DNA of 64,000 nt from Catajapyx aquilonaris (taxonomy: Eukaryota). The notes beneath the pieces are model-generated. The model was not told the origin of the DNA and made no database searches. It saw only the letters and a program-made list of their open reading frames with translations. The stretch spans positions 1 to 64,000 of the forward strand of contig KZ538373.1 of NCBI GenBank assembly GCA_000934665.2. Reading direction: 5' to 3'. Position numbers and translations under genes: made by a program. Positions 29,173-42,467 of this stretch are shown here, in pieces. Each line of letters opens with the position of its first letter. Positions within the stretch are counted from its first letter, which is position 1.

Positions 29173-30243
29173 ATGCAAGCCCACATGGACACCTGGTCAT
29201 TGGCCATGACCCAGCCAATGCTGGTCAAGGCCCACTCGTTGGACGATCCTCCTCCGGCTTGGGTGGACAAAACCAGGTTCAAAAGAGGTCAGGAGTTCTT
29301 CTGGAGGTACTCGCTTCCAGTGGCCATATCGTACCTGGTGGCCACTGTAGGGTCATATGTCCAGGAGGTGCGGCTGAACGTCCCGTTCTTCAGACGAAGG
29401 GCGGAGAGTGTGTCCAAGTGTATCCAGCGCGTCTCGGACATCCTCAGTTTCGGGACACAGTGGATGGCAGGGGACTTGTGGGACCCGGAAGACCAGGGTT
29501 ATAAAACCATGGCTAAGTTGCAGAGGGTGCAGCCTCGAAACAGGAGGTGGGTACAGGAGGTGGTGGACACCAGGAAGGTGGTGTCCGTAACGCCACTGGT
29601 TATGGACAATGGACAGTTGTGGAAGAAGATTCTGGAGCAGGAGGAAGAAGAGTTGGTGGACAACGGAGTGTTCGTGTTTCCGACTTGTTCCAGAAACATG
29701 TTAAATAGCCAGTTCGACATCATCAGTGTTATGGTGACCATGCTGGCCAGTGTCATCACCTGTCCCGAGAAGATTGGGTTATTCGGGACGTCCGATCAGG
29801 ACTTGGAGGATTTTGTGCACACATGGCGGGTCATTGCTTACTACTTGGGAGTTGAGGACAGGTTCAATCCATTTGTTGGAAGTTTGCCAGAGGTCAGAAC
29901 GTACGTGGAGGATTACAAGAAGACGTTTCTTATGCCTCCAGAGGACCTTGAGATATCCAAAGAGCCTGTGTACGCCATTCAATTGCATATGAGAGCTCTC
30001 CATAAAATTGTGCCCCTTATGTCATACATGTTTCCAGTGGATTTCTTGAACATATATTCGTCCTGGATCTTTAATATTGACGCCTCTTTGCTACCCAGGA
30101 CTCGATGGTATACCAAGCTGCACTTTTTGTGTGTGAAGTTTGTGGTGGTAGTTCTGATGCGATTGGTAACAATACGAAACATTGCTAATTACTACTCAAG
30201 AAAGGTGATGAATGAATTTTTAGACGTACATTTGTTGCTATGA
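29173..30243 (+). CDS. ER-bound oxygenase mpaB/DUF2236 (rubber-oxygenase-fold) family protein, intronless
   Basis: PPAWVDKTRFKRGQEFF, SQFD and DLEDFVHTWRVIAYYLGVEDRFN match the arthropod DUF2236 family. The frame is open from 28966, but the TATA position favours ATG 29173. Confidence 0.75.
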   Translation: MQAHMDTWSLAMTQPMLVKAHSLDDPPPAWVDKTRFKRGQEFFWRYSLPVAISYLVATVGSYVQEVRLNVPFFRRRAESVSKCIQRVSDILSFGTQWMAGDLWDPEDQGYKTMAKLQRVQPRNRRWVQEVVDTRKVVSVTPLVMDNGQLWKKILEQEEEELVDNGVFVFPTCSRNMLNSQFDIISVMVTMLASVITCPEKIGLFGTSDQDLEDFVHTWRVIAYYLGVEDRFNPFVGSLPEVRTYVEDYKKTFLMPPEDLEISKEPVYAIQLHMRALHKIVPLMSYMFPVDFLNIYSSWIFNIDASLLPRTRWYTKLHFLCVKFVVVVLMRLVTIRNIANYYSRKVMNEFLDVHLLL

Positions 30244-33163
30244 TTTTGTCTGGTTGTATGGCTCTTGTAAATAAAACTACTACCTCTAAAAATATATTTT
30301 TTTTACGGCGCCAGGTATGTGTGTGATTTTCGCATGTGTTTACGCTAATTATATATGTGGCAAGACACGAAGCTACAACGGCAACTTAACTATCATAGCA
30401 ATGCTTGCAATATTAAAAATTCAAGGACATGTGTCCTTGAAATCTTTACACTATGAATGCAGTACATCGTCTTTTTAATTATTTTTTTGTATTTACGTCA
30501 TCACTATTAGCAAAAAAAGCTGTTACCCTCAAGGTCAAAATCAGGATAATACTACTGTATATCAAGTGATTTACAACAATTCAACATGAGATTGGTTGAC
30601 AAGCCAGTTGTCCTTGGCAATCATGCGACAATTGTGCCATTTTTAACTATTGAAAAAACTTCAGTCTCCGCACGTGCTGTCTCAACAATGTCCCAAACTC
30701 TCCCCGCAACAATCCATCCTCCAGCAGTATATGATCCATAGAAGCCGGATAATTCCCAAAAGCCCTCCCTATGGCAATTGCCAAAGTGACAAGTCGTGAA
30801 GAAGGCTCCACCGTAGATGAAGATCCCAAGTCCCAGGTCATATCAATCACCATCCAAAAAAGAAGGGGGCCTTTGACAGCAGCTTTTAGGCCAGTTTACA
30901 TAAAGGTCAGAAAAAAATTCACTTGACCTGGGAAATCCATATTTGGCAGGTCCCATAATCCCATAAGATATTAACAAAATGCACACTTAGCACCAGTATA
31001 CAGTAGAAGAATCTGACCTCTTGACTCTATTACCCTGAAAATCTTTAAGCCCATTCGGAGATGACCTTTAAGCCCTTTAAAGCCGGGTGTCAAGAGGGCT
31101 ATAAAAGCCATCCAGTGCCTACGGGACCATGGGCGTCGGCCTCTTCTCGCTTTCCCACAGCCTAATTCTCCAGGGTGGTATTAAGACCCTAGTGCTCCTA
31201 GACATAGTATTATACTATGAGAACTAAGGACGCAGTAGTTGGGCATTAGGATTATTCTGTGGCTAACTATAGTCCATTAAACATTCCTCCGCCTTTAGTG
31301 CACTGCGGTTAAAGTAGTTCCTACTTTATGGGACCTGATCAATTTTCAACAGTACGGCCAGTACGGGATGTAAATCAGTGCCCGGTTTTTATGGAGAAGG
31401 GACGAGGGAGTAGGTGGTTAAAATTGCAGTAAGTACTGGTTGTTGGCAGATTCGTGGATGAATCATAGATGGAGCTTTTGGTTAGTAGGGCAGAATGGGC
31501 CGGGTCACTTATGGGACTTATCATTTTTATTAGCTCTTGGGACGATTTTAACTGCGGATGTTTTGTGCTGATGAATTGACCATAGAAGGCTAGATGGAAC
31601 TTATGTCCATCTGATAGATAGTTTCAACCTTGACCTGGAGCCGTGCAGTCTGAAAGGCAACTGTCCCTCCAGGCCAGTCTATTCTTCATTGTGTATCTGT
31701 TGGAGGTCCGGATGTTCCGACATTGTTCCAGCCTCACCTGAAGACAATCTTCGGCGCTTGCGACGTCGGCTCCTGTGGGATGGCGCCAGATCGATCGTCG
31801 TCGGGGCGCCCCATACCCCGTCTGCGCGATGACATCATCCCGGCATGCAACGCGATGTGCTTCCCTTTTCCCACCCACCCACCCTCAACATCTCTCATCT
31901 CTGCTGCAGGGATGCTGTGACGGTGATGACGGCGGTCACCAAGCAGCGGAGGTGTTCCGTCCACTTCCCGGACGGACCAGGTCACCTCCTCTGACAGGTA
32001 TGTGTCCATCCAGGTACCCACAAAGAACAAACTGGTAGTTACATTACCACTATTGACCTATAGTGTACATACATATTTTTTTTCTGGCCTCAAAATTTGA
32101 GTGGGTGGGGTTGTCGACCCGCCCACTTACCACCCACTTACACCACTTTTTGGACAACGCGACACCTGCGCAATGATGTCAAATCACATGTGCTGCCCAC
32201 AACTACCTTCCTCGACAAGCCTTGTTCATTAATTATGTGTCAGCCTCCATGGTTTATTCAAGCTCCCGGCTCCATCCAGCACTTGATGCCTCCTTTCAAG
32301 AACTCTCCATCCCCAAGTGTCTCCCAGGTGACCCCTTACCCACTGGCCAAATGGCGCCTTGGAAACTACTTTTAATTTGTAATTGAAAACATGATTCCCT
32401 TGGATTGGATCTCATGACGTTTTGAGATGCTGCTGTAGGGATCAATATGGATCGATTTATGGCCTCTTGTTATGGTTCAAAACCATGTGGGGGAATTTGC
32501 ACTGAAATTCGCACTGTCGAGGATGGACCGTGCCTGGCAGGGCCGCCGGTCCTGCCAGGCACGGTCCATCCGCGACAGTTGCTGGCCTTCCTAGACAGTT
32601 GCGGGCCTTCCTATAGACAGTTGTGGGCCCTCAAATTGACTGGCAGTGCTAAACTTGTTGTCCTTCGCAGGTTAGCATCACTGTCGACGGTGAAGATCGA
32701 GAGCGAAAGGAACGGTAACCGTCCCCGAAGAACCCGTCCGTCATCAGGCCAGCCGTCTTTATAGGAGGAGGAGGAATTGACCAACGCACCAGTACAATAT
32801 AAATTAGACCAGAAGAACCTCTGTTGGTGGCGGTGGCACCGGGATGCCATCCTTGTCCGGTGGCATGGGCCATGGGCGCTGGATATGCTGCTGAGGACAG
32901 GGGGCCATGGCCGGGCCCTCTCTGTGCGTATCCGCCCCTCTGCCAATACTACTTCTGCCACCATCACCACTCTTCCTCCGACCGTCCTCTGGCCGTTTGT
33001 ATCTTGCCCCTGGGCAGCCCGCGGGCCATCACGTGGCCGTGGAAGTCTCCGCCGTCGCCGCCGTCGGAGGGCACCATGAGCGTCCCTCATCGCAGCGGCG
33101 GCGGGCACCACTGACCCCGCACCTTCCCGTCGCCTGCAGGACATGGGCTGACCCCGACAGGTC

Positions 33164-35865
33164 ATGTCAGGTCGCCGGCACATCTACGAGACTGCGTTCG
33201 ATAGCAAGGTCGAGCGTCCCAGGGAGGACCTGGACTCTGTGACCAACCATCCGCTGCTGCAGATGGCTCCGTTGGCTCCAGCAGCACCAGCAGCAGCGAC
33301 CACCACTAGTGTCCAGCAGCTGCCCTCCAGTCCTTCTTGCTCCAGGGAACCCAGCCGTCTTAGCATCTTCACCCCGAAAGAGGGCAGACGAAGAGTGTCA
33401 CTTCGGAGGGACGACGGATCTTCGAAGGTCCGAGTCCCCACCGGTATTGCCCCCAGTAAGTGCCTCATCTTGCTTAGTGTTTGTACCGGTGTTGAATGTG
33501 CGTGTCCTCGACAGAGGCTGAGGTTGAGGACGTGGACGACGAGGACATTGCGGACGATGAGGATGACCTGGAGGAAGATCCTGTCCTCCTGGTCCAGAGC
33601 ATGGGAGAGCTGCGACCCTCGGCCATCCCCAGCCCCCTTCTTCTCCAGGCCGGCACGTACAGGCCAATGTTCCAGACGCCTCCTCCCATGGCAGGATGCG
33701 CCCCTTCCCCACCGCCCCTCCGACACACCACGCCATCGCCCCCGTCCACCGCCCCTCTTCCTCTCAAGTTCCAGAACAAGGACATCCGGATGACCAACCG
33801 GAGCGTCCCTGCCATTGCCCGGCAGCACTCTTGGCGTCCCGAAGAGGTATGTCATGTCCAGTTTGTGTGTGTCCGCATCTGATGGTACACTGTTCCAGGT
33901 GAAGCAGCAGCAACAACAGCAGAAGGAAGGGGTGGGCTTCTCCAGTGTTGAGAGCATGGCCATGAGCAGCAGTAGCAGTGGAGGAGGCAGCACCCTGAGC
34001 AGCATGGAGTCCCTCAGGTCCACCAGCACCTCCAGCAGCTCCAGCAGACACAGCAGCTGCTCCTTAAGCGGAGGAGGGAACAGCAGCGGTGGGGAACTGT
34101 CCTCCTCTTCCTACTCCGCCATCCACCACCACCACCACTACCAGCACCACGTCCAGAGGCCCAGGCTGGCCCTCATGGGCAGGCAATCCTCGTTGCACGC
34201 CCTCATGTCCAGCGGAGGGAACTCCAGCAGACGACCTCGACCTAGGCTGGGTCAGAGGGTCAAACTGCATCTGCTCTCGCCCATATCGGACAGATCGCAG
34301 GAGCCCACATCCGAGGCCAGCTGCAGCGACAACAACAACAGGAACAACAACTCGCAGAAGAATTCACCTGGGGATGAAATTGACCTCAAGCCACCCTCCA
34401 GGTCAGTCTTTCATGTTCTAACAAATGGTTGCATCTGACTCGAATATTTTCAGCACGGCATTGACCATGGTCCTGTCGACGGCGACAGTGACGACGATGA
34501 CGAGCAGTGTGACGGGCGTGGCTCCGTTGGCCGAGACGGAGTTGCAGCTCTTGGGCGACGGCGCCGGTGGCAAGGACACGTCGTCGTCGGCGCCCAGACG
34601 TCGACGAGCCCAGAACCGGAACCTCCTCTGCCTGTCACTGCAGGCGTCGTCCGAGGCCGAAATACAAGGTTCCGACAGCGGAATATCCGTCGAATCGCAC
34701 GACAAACCAAAAGTCGACGAAGATTTCAGCGACTTGCCCTTTGACATGCCCAAGCTCAGGCGAAAGCTGTCAGTTGCCAAAAGCTCTCCAGGTAAAAAAA
34801 AATGGGAAAGAAATATTTTTCTAATTGGACTCATTGGAATTTATGCTTACCCAACTTATGTAGGCTACTTATTGTTATGCTAATTTCTTCGTTGATTTAA
34901 GTATTGTGCAAAAGTTGCCGTGAAGTACAGGCTGTCCCTACTAATAAATTATAATTCAGTTGAAACACGATTATTTTGTCCAATAGTCATTTTTCACTGA
35001 ATTATTGCAGATTCAATGTTCTGTGGATCATTTTAAAATATTAATTAGTATTTCAATTTAGTCGTGGCATGTAAAAGTCTAAATTGCAATTATGTTCCAG
35101 TCAAAGAAGACCTAGAGTCTTTACCATTTGACATCCCCAAACTGAGAAGAAGGCTCCGACAGAGCAACAGTGTGACAGACACCACCATGACGTCTGCATG
35201 TTCTGAATCCGCCACTGAATCAAGCAGGACCTTGCCCCTGGACACATCTCATGGTACTCGCTCCAAAAGACTGTCTTTTGGTAAGTCCATCAATAATTTA
35301 GCAAAGTTCCACCCTAATTGGCCTTTGTCTTCTAGTGAGGCCCAGCTTGTCCCTAGACTTGGGCCAACATGCAGCCGCAATATCCAAGAGTGACCTCTGC
35401 CTTGACTTTGGATTCAGACGTCTGTCCATAGCTGGAGACAGTGTGGATCCTGACGTGCCACTGGAGAAACAGGGGTATGACACCATTATTACCATAGGTG
35501 TTTGAAAGTCTCCTTTACTCCTACTGTAACTTGTAATTGTGCATTACAGGTGGTATCACGGTGCCATCCCACGCTCCTATGCAGAGAAGCTCCTTCAGCG
35601 TTGTTCTGAGGGCAGCTACCTGGTCAGGCAGAGGGAGAACCCTCACCGCGGGTTCTCAGTCAGCCTCAAGAGCGCTCGAGGGTTCATCCATGCAAGGATA
35701 GAGAGGGACTCTGCATCCTCGGGCCAGGTCACATTCCGGTTGGCAGATGGTCCTGGCTTCAACTCCGTCCCAGCCCTGGTCCATCACTACACTTCCAACC
35801 GACTGCCCCTCAGGGGGGCCACTCATCTATGCCTAATGAGGCCTGTAATTGAGCAGTTGCTCTGA
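33164..35865 (+). CDS. SHB/SHD/SHF-like adaptor with C-terminal SH2 domain (5' end uncertain; upstream exons possible at ~31.9 and 32.7 kb)
   Basis: Multi-exon, Ser/Pro/His-rich body with a repeated LPFD(M/I)PKLRR motif. Last exons encode DPDVPLEKQG|WYHGAIPRSYAEKLL...GSYLVR...FNSVPALVHHY. Confidence 0.8.
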
Positions 35866-36116
35866 GAATGGAGGAGAGTGAAGGAGAGAGAGAGACAGAG
35901 AGTGAGAGAAGATGAAGGATCTCAAAATGCCAGCAATAGCTTCCATATCTCCGTCTCCTTGTAGACTGATCGCACCTTTCCAAATAAAAATAAACAGGGG
36001 GGGTTATTAGTAATGAGTTGTTCTTGTAGTCATCCGATTTGGTAAAAAATATTATATATTAAAGCAGGGTGGATTATTTTGGCAAATTCACACAAGGCAG
36101 GTCGCAGCATGTCCAT

Positions 36117-37494
36117 TCACACTAGAGTGGATAGCTCGTGTGCATGTGACACCGAGCTCAGGTCCAGGTTGGCTACTGGGAGTGTTTGGGGCGGTTCGTC
36201 CATTTCCACAGGGGACAAAACCGTGGGCGAGACTGGAGGTGACGGCAATCCTGGACTGGCCATCCGGTTCCTCTCCTGTCAACACAGCAAAGAGATGGTG
36301 TAAGTTCCCTTGCTTTGCATTTGTCGGTTGGCAACTTTGGCTCAATACTATTGATGGCTATTGGCTATTGGCACTAAACATTGCCAGTTCATTTATTACT
36401 CTAAAACATTTATTAAATGAGCAGCCGAATGAATGGTCCAAAAAAGTTTACGGCCCGTATCCTCCTGCAAGATTGCAATGGGCATTGTATCAGTAGTCCA
36501 TACCTTCTGCCAGACAAAGACGTTGTGCACCAGTGCACATCCACAGAAGATGACTCCACAGCCTATGAACACGCTCGTGATGATGGCAGGTGTGGAGTGA
36601 AACTGGATCAGGGTGTACAGGATCACCCCTGAAAATGGATTGGATTATGCCATTATATCTCCCAGACCAAATACCACCAAAGACCATGTCCTGGTTCTGA
36701 CCTGTGAGGAAGACAGGTATAGATATGAAGAATCCTCCTACAGCACACACCCTGGTGACAGAGGCCTTCCGCAAGAACTTCCCTGTCCTGTCCCCCCCAG
36801 TCCCTCCTCCGCTCCGGGCCAGCTTGACCGCGAACAGAAACTGGATGGCACAGACCAGCAGGCAGCACAGGTTGAGCGAGAGGGTAAGGGCACAGAGGCC
36901 CAAGGTGACCTCATACACCACCACGTACTCCTCTGCAGTGATCACCCTCACTTGTTCACTCTGCAGTATCTCCCTGATATTGTCCAGCAATCCGGGAGAT
37001 ATCTTGAGGAGGAACACCAGGGCCAGGAGGGCCAGCAGGAGTGACAGAAGGCACAGGAGGCCAAGCGACGACAGCATCTGGCCCACACCAGCCTTCTTGG
37101 GGAGCAGCAGCAGGCGAGATACCGCGTTGCAGTTGCCATTGCCATTACCATTGTTGTGGTTGGGTCTTCTGGTGAGATGCAACCCTCCATTGGCCATCCT
37201 CGGTGGGTCCCCATTGGCTCTGGCTAGGGTCTGCTGCGTAAGGAAGGGTCCGTCGTGCACCGAAGGCTGCGAGTGGTCCAGACCCGTGGTCTTGGTTGCA
37301 TTGGTGGCACTGGGGCTGAGGCTACTGGAAGTACCAGCCAGGGAGTGCTTGGACGTATCAAGCGAACCCAGGGGCAGCGGTATGACAGGCAGCAAGGGTG
37401 GCGGGCTCTGGTTGAGCCGCAACGGGGGCGGCCCATGGTCGGCCGGGCAGCGTGGGGGCATCCCGCCCCCTGAGGCCAGCATGTGCTTCAGCAT
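36117..37494 (-). CDS. TMEM221: TMEM221/Jiraiya-family multi-pass membrane protein, 3 coding exons
   Basis: Hydrophobic helices, LNLCCLLVCAIQFLFAVK, VCAVGGFFISIPVFLTG|VILYTLIQF...HNVFVWQK. Final exon ends HELSTLV* (PDZ-type C-terminus). Confidence 0.8.
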
Positions 37495-38176
37495 GGCCTC
37501 TGGGACGACCACCTCCAGTCCATGGGCGCCACCAGGTCACTGCCTCCCGCTGCTTCTTCCATTACAATGCCAGTGATGCCTCTGCAAATCAAGATCAAAG
37601 AGTGAGAGCTAGTCAGGTTTGCGACACTTGGCTTTTATCATCCTTAATTCAAATCAGACAGGACTGGTCATGCAAGCCAAACGACCTGACTCACACCCCA
37701 ACGTACCTGCCTGGAATATGAATGAGCCTTACATGTACACCGTATGTAGACCATGCTACCAATGCTGATCCCCTAATTGTGCCCACTATATGGGGAGCAA
37801 AACGGTGCACCTGACCCAGAGTCCTCCACACAGCACACACATACCCAGGTTACCTAACGGGACATTTTCGCACTGCAGAGTGTCCCGCCGAAATTCGTCG
37901 CGCCGGAGCAACAACCTTCCATCCACCTCCTGCCTCCTCTCTTCTGTCCCCCTGTCCCCCAGTCCCCTCCATTCGCTGTATTTTTCTGCACTCTTGGCCA
38001 AAACAGACCCCGAGTTTTTTCCTCCCCTCTCCCCTCCCCACCCACCGATGACATAAGACGCCAAAACTGGAAAACTACCGGCTCCTTCAGGCACTCAAGA
38101 TTACTCCCTGATCGAACCCCCCTCTGCCATTCCCATAAGATCGATCCGGCACAGTGCTACACAGTGCCCCCCTCAC

Positions 38177-38371
38177 NNNNNNNNNNNNNNNNNNNNNNNN
38201 NNNNNNNNNNNNNNNNNNNNNNNNNNNNNNNNNNNNNNNNNNNNNNNNNNNNNNNNNNNNNNNNNNNNNNNNNNNNNNNNNNNNNNNNNNNNNNNNNNNN
38301 NNNNNNNNNNNNNNNNNNNNNNNNNNNNNNNNNNNNNNNNNNNNNNNNNNNNNNNNNNNNNNNNNNNNNNN
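38177..38371. other. Assembly gap (N run)
   Basis: About 195 consecutive N, followed by a poly-G run. Confidence 1.
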
Positions 38372-38899
38372 NGGGGGGGGGGGGGGCTGATCGATCATAC
38401 TGTATCATGCTGTACATTTATAATATACAGTAGTTTAAAAAAAATATGGCCGGAAACAGGCTCATTGGGACCAATGGGAACCGACCAAACCCCTTTTCGT
38501 GGGATCGGATTCCAGTCCCGATGAATAGGTTTCCCATAGGGAGAGAGGGGAGAGAGGGGTCATTTCCGTTCGGTGTTTTCCACGCATACTTAACGAGAAT
38601 CCCAACAATATAAAATGGGGGAGACTAACAATGAGAATAAAGTAGGGGGGGTATAGGGAAGTGTGGATGGTGCACGCAATGGGGGTTAGTCTACATCTTA
38701 TTACTCGAAACTGAAATTATTACACCATAAAATTATTTAATTACAATAGACGCATGACTAATTATAATACGGTTAATATATTTACATTCGGACAGCACCC
38801 CCCCCCCCCCACTCGGTTGGTCTCTATCTTATCGCTCGTGATTGTACACTCTATACTTATACACTGAAAGTTTGTACACAACTATATGAAGATTTGTCT

Positions 38900-39350
38900 G
38901 GTCTACCTAACCCACTTTCAGACTACGAAGAGTACTGAAATTTGGCACACCGATGTCTTATGTGCTACTGATTGAGGGAAAATTTCAAAAACTGCACTTT
39001 TTAAAGTTGAAATACCCAAAATTTAGGATTTTTCGACTTATTTCTAATCAAAAAAAGTCCTATAGAACGGCTCTGTCCGTCCGTCTGTCTGTCTGTGGAC
39101 AGGTATCAGGGCCCAGACCGCATGAGATAGCGACAAACGGTTTTCGGATTCGGGATTAAGCGTTCATGGTCAACTTCCGGTGACCCCCACTTCCAGTTTT
39201 ACAGATTCACTATATCGGCCAAGGTCAAGTCTTGGGTCCTTGGAAACGAAAAATGAGACTGACAACCGCTGACAACATTCTGTCATTGTAGAATTAATTT
39301 TGTTTTGGCTACGAGAAAAAAGTATACTCTAATCCCACTCGAGTGATTTG
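38900..39350 (+). mobile_element. Possible Helitron/Helentron-associated (DINE-like) repeat remnant
   Basis: CTGTCCGTCCGTCTGTCTGTCTGT microsatellite and a TGAAATTTGGCACAC motif, both typical of such arthropod elements. Ends not defined. Confidence 0.35.
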
Positions 39351-41226
39351 CCAATCTGACGTTTGGTATTTCACAGATATGGCGCTTCTAAGTTTTACAA
39401 ACTTCTCTCATTGATTAATCCCCGTACGAAGAACGGTTCCACTGCTAGTAAATACATATTCGCATAAATTCCCTCACTATCATTGTAAACACACATAAAA
39501 ATTCCGGGCAATTAAGACCACAAAAGTTTCTCAGAAAAGTACTACTCAGACCACAAAAAAAAACTGGTAAGAATGCAACCACGTTTTACGCCACGCCTGG
39601 GGTCACAACAAGGTCATCTGAATAAAGGTGATCTCAATGTCACCCGAATAACAAGAATCCTCGCCTGAGGGGGTCATCCTCTAGTAAAAAACAACGGACG
39701 ATGAGCAGTATTCGCCAATATAACGGGGTTTCGAAGTGCAAAATTGCAATTTTTTTTGGCGGGAAAAAAGCCTGCTGAAGGAGCGGGAAGTGAAGGTTTG
39801 TCCTTAGCTAGGGGAGGGGATGGAAGAGGAGGAGGGGAGGGTGTATAAAAAAGTGGTTTTACTCAAGTGACCCCCCGAGGCGGTCTGGTCGGAGGCGCAT
39901 ACCTGAATCTTTTACATACTTTACGGGAGGGATTGGCTCCCCATAATATGCCGATACACTCGCCAAAATGTTAAATTAAAGTGTCATTAATTCTTAAAAT
40001 AATTTAGCCGATTATTTCAAACTGTATGCAGATAGTAGCGAAAATGAGGCAATATGGGACATATATGGCCCATAAGGTGACATTTTTTAGCAATTTCCAA
40101 TTGGTCAACGGATTTCGAAATAATATTTTAATATTAAAATATGATTTAATGCTACATGTCGTTTTGATCCAACAATTAGAGGTTCGTACCCCCACCGACC
40201 ACTCGTTCGTACATCGTACACTCACCATACGAGTGTCCACATGTCCAACTGTCCACCTTTATATCGAACTCACTGTCCACCACTTTTTTATATATCGAAA
40301 GGCACACAGGCCACTGATCCCGGCCACGTAGAGGTTCCTCCACTACAACTCCAGACTTGCTTCGGGGGCCGACCCCCCCACCCCAAAACACCCACGGTCG
40401 AATAGAGACAATCGGGGGATGACAAGTGTCCAGATGAACCCCCAATATATCGAGAGGTTGAGGATATTTAGGCGACCAGTGGTCTGATGGTCTTCCTCGT
40501 CCCTCTTTGCGCGCCTTTCTAACGGTCTTCCATGACCCAACAGCCCAGCAGAAGCTCAACCGAAGGCCGACACAATCCGGTGTTGCCACCTCTGCATCAG
40601 TCAGAGGGTGCTTATCCGGGTGCGGCCCCTGGGTCCACGTGGAGGCGAGCATGACCCGGAGGGAGACCAGCCCAGTACTAGACAGCACCATTGTTGATGG
40701 AAACAATGCAGGGCGCTAAGAATGGGATGGATGCATCTGGAAGGATGGACATGCCCGATGTATGTGATCAGCTGTCCTTCACAAGGCCCCCCTTCTTTTG
40801 AATGTATAAGGAGCATCTGACAACAATGCGAATTGAGGCATGCGGAGGGGCCGGTCCTGCCTACCTCCCACCCTACCCACCCTCCAGTCACTCCACCACC
40901 TGCCCCAACTACCAGAGGGGGCGAACACAACAAAATAATAATAAAAAACATGATTGTAACCACCCAAGATGGATCACCAGGTTTTTTTCACTCTTCCGGC
41001 ACACTCACCTGCCCCTCCGACAGCAGGTGGAGCGTACCGCATATATTGGTATGACCGGAAATGAATGGCTGAGGTCGTCTTAAAATCATTTAATTCGTAC
41101 AACACACCAACAAAGTATTTACACTGTACAAGTTTTCTAACAGGACTAGTGGAAGCGTAACAGACAACATGCCTTCACCGCTTGTAACTATTCACCCGAC
41201 ACCTGATTCCGGGTGCATGAAAACAC

Positions 41227-42467
41227 CTATTTGGTTCTCTTTAACACAGCATCAGTTATCATGACTAAGCCCTTCTGAAACGGGGTGTCCGTCAGGAGGC
41301 TGGCGTACTTGACTGCCTGCTCGCAGTGCTCTTGGGCCAGGAAACGCGTCTGCCTTATGCTGTCCGACTTGAACACGCATTCCAGGGTGGTCTCAATGTC
41401 GCCTGGCAGCTGGAATCGCCTCTCTATCAGTTCAGAGAGGTGCGGGTGTTCCAGGGAGGCAAACAGCACTGGAGCTGTTGCCAGGCCCAGCTTCAGGTCA
41501 ACTCCTGCAGGTTTCCCCATTGTTTTGGCTGATGAGGTAAAATCCAGGATGTCATCCACTAACTGGAAGGCAATGCCTATGTGCCGACCATACTGAAAGG
41601 CAGCTTCCTGCAAAGACTCGTCTGCCCCTCCCAAGATAGCTACGGACTTGCACCCACACGCTATGAGGCTAGCCGTTTTCTTATAAGTCTTGGTGAGGTA
41701 GCGGGTCAGGCGCTCCTTGATCAATGATGGAAAAGAACTGGGTGGAAGAAATAGGGTGGGATGTTGAGTAAATATGTACATGTTGCATGCGATATGCAAA
41801 CCTACAGAACACGGCAGCCTTACCTTCCATCCTTCGCCACAAAACCTCCCATTTGCATGAACTCCCCTTGCACTAAATCTACGTACGTCCTGGCCCATAC
41901 TCGCACTACATGGGGGTTATTAAGCCTCGAAACCATTGCAGACACTACAAACAGGACGTAATCACCAGCCAGCACTGCTTTTCTGGTACCACACAATCTG
42001 TTAGTACTGTGCCTCCCTCTACGCACATCCGAATTGTCGACTACATCATCATGCATCAGTGACGCCGTGTGCACCATCTCAATTGCAACAGCCATCTTCA
42101 ACTGCGATGCCAGCACAAAGTTGCGGTGGTGTAGGTGTGTGTTAATAGCCCTGGCCATCAATGCAGTTATGACTGGACGTATTGCCTTGCCGTGGCCATC
42201 AAAGCCATACATGGACAGGGCTTCAAGGCTCTTTGATGCAGTGCGGAGCTCCTGGCGAATGTCATTGTGCAGGGTGGCAAGGTCGTCTTCCACCAACTTG
42301 TAGGGGTCGGACCTCTCTGCTGGAGCAGGGTGGTGCAGCTGGAGCGATGCCGCAGATGTCAAAAACTGCCTCATGGTGTACCGTCGTTGGTAGAGGCACG
42401 TCACTCGGATGCATAGTCGATGCCTGTTGTTCACCAGGAAGAGGATGCCAATCCTCCAAAGGGACAT
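41227..42467 (-). CDS. PDSS1: All-trans-polyprenyl (decaprenyl) diphosphate synthase subunit 1-like; start codon uncertain
   Basis: GKAIRP, FARM EMVHTASLMHDDVVD...RRG, AVLAGDY, KTYKKTASL, SARM FQLVDDILDF and DLKLGLATAPVL. One intron at ~41721-41821. Confidence 0.9.

Noticed and set aside
33184..37576. Long antisense ORFs (281 aa, 290 aa and others) over the SH2 and TMEM221 genes
   Set aside because: They are opposite-strand shadows of GC-rich exons with no recognisable domains.
38087..38433. ORFs spanning poly-X
   Set aside because: Artefacts of the assembly gap.
23988..42467. Isoprenoid or detoxification 'gene cluster' (MGST1 x2, RABGGTB, oxygenase fold, PDSS1)
   Set aside because: The genes belong to unrelated housekeeping pathways and are interspersed with unrelated genes. 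The sequence gives no evidence of co-regulation.
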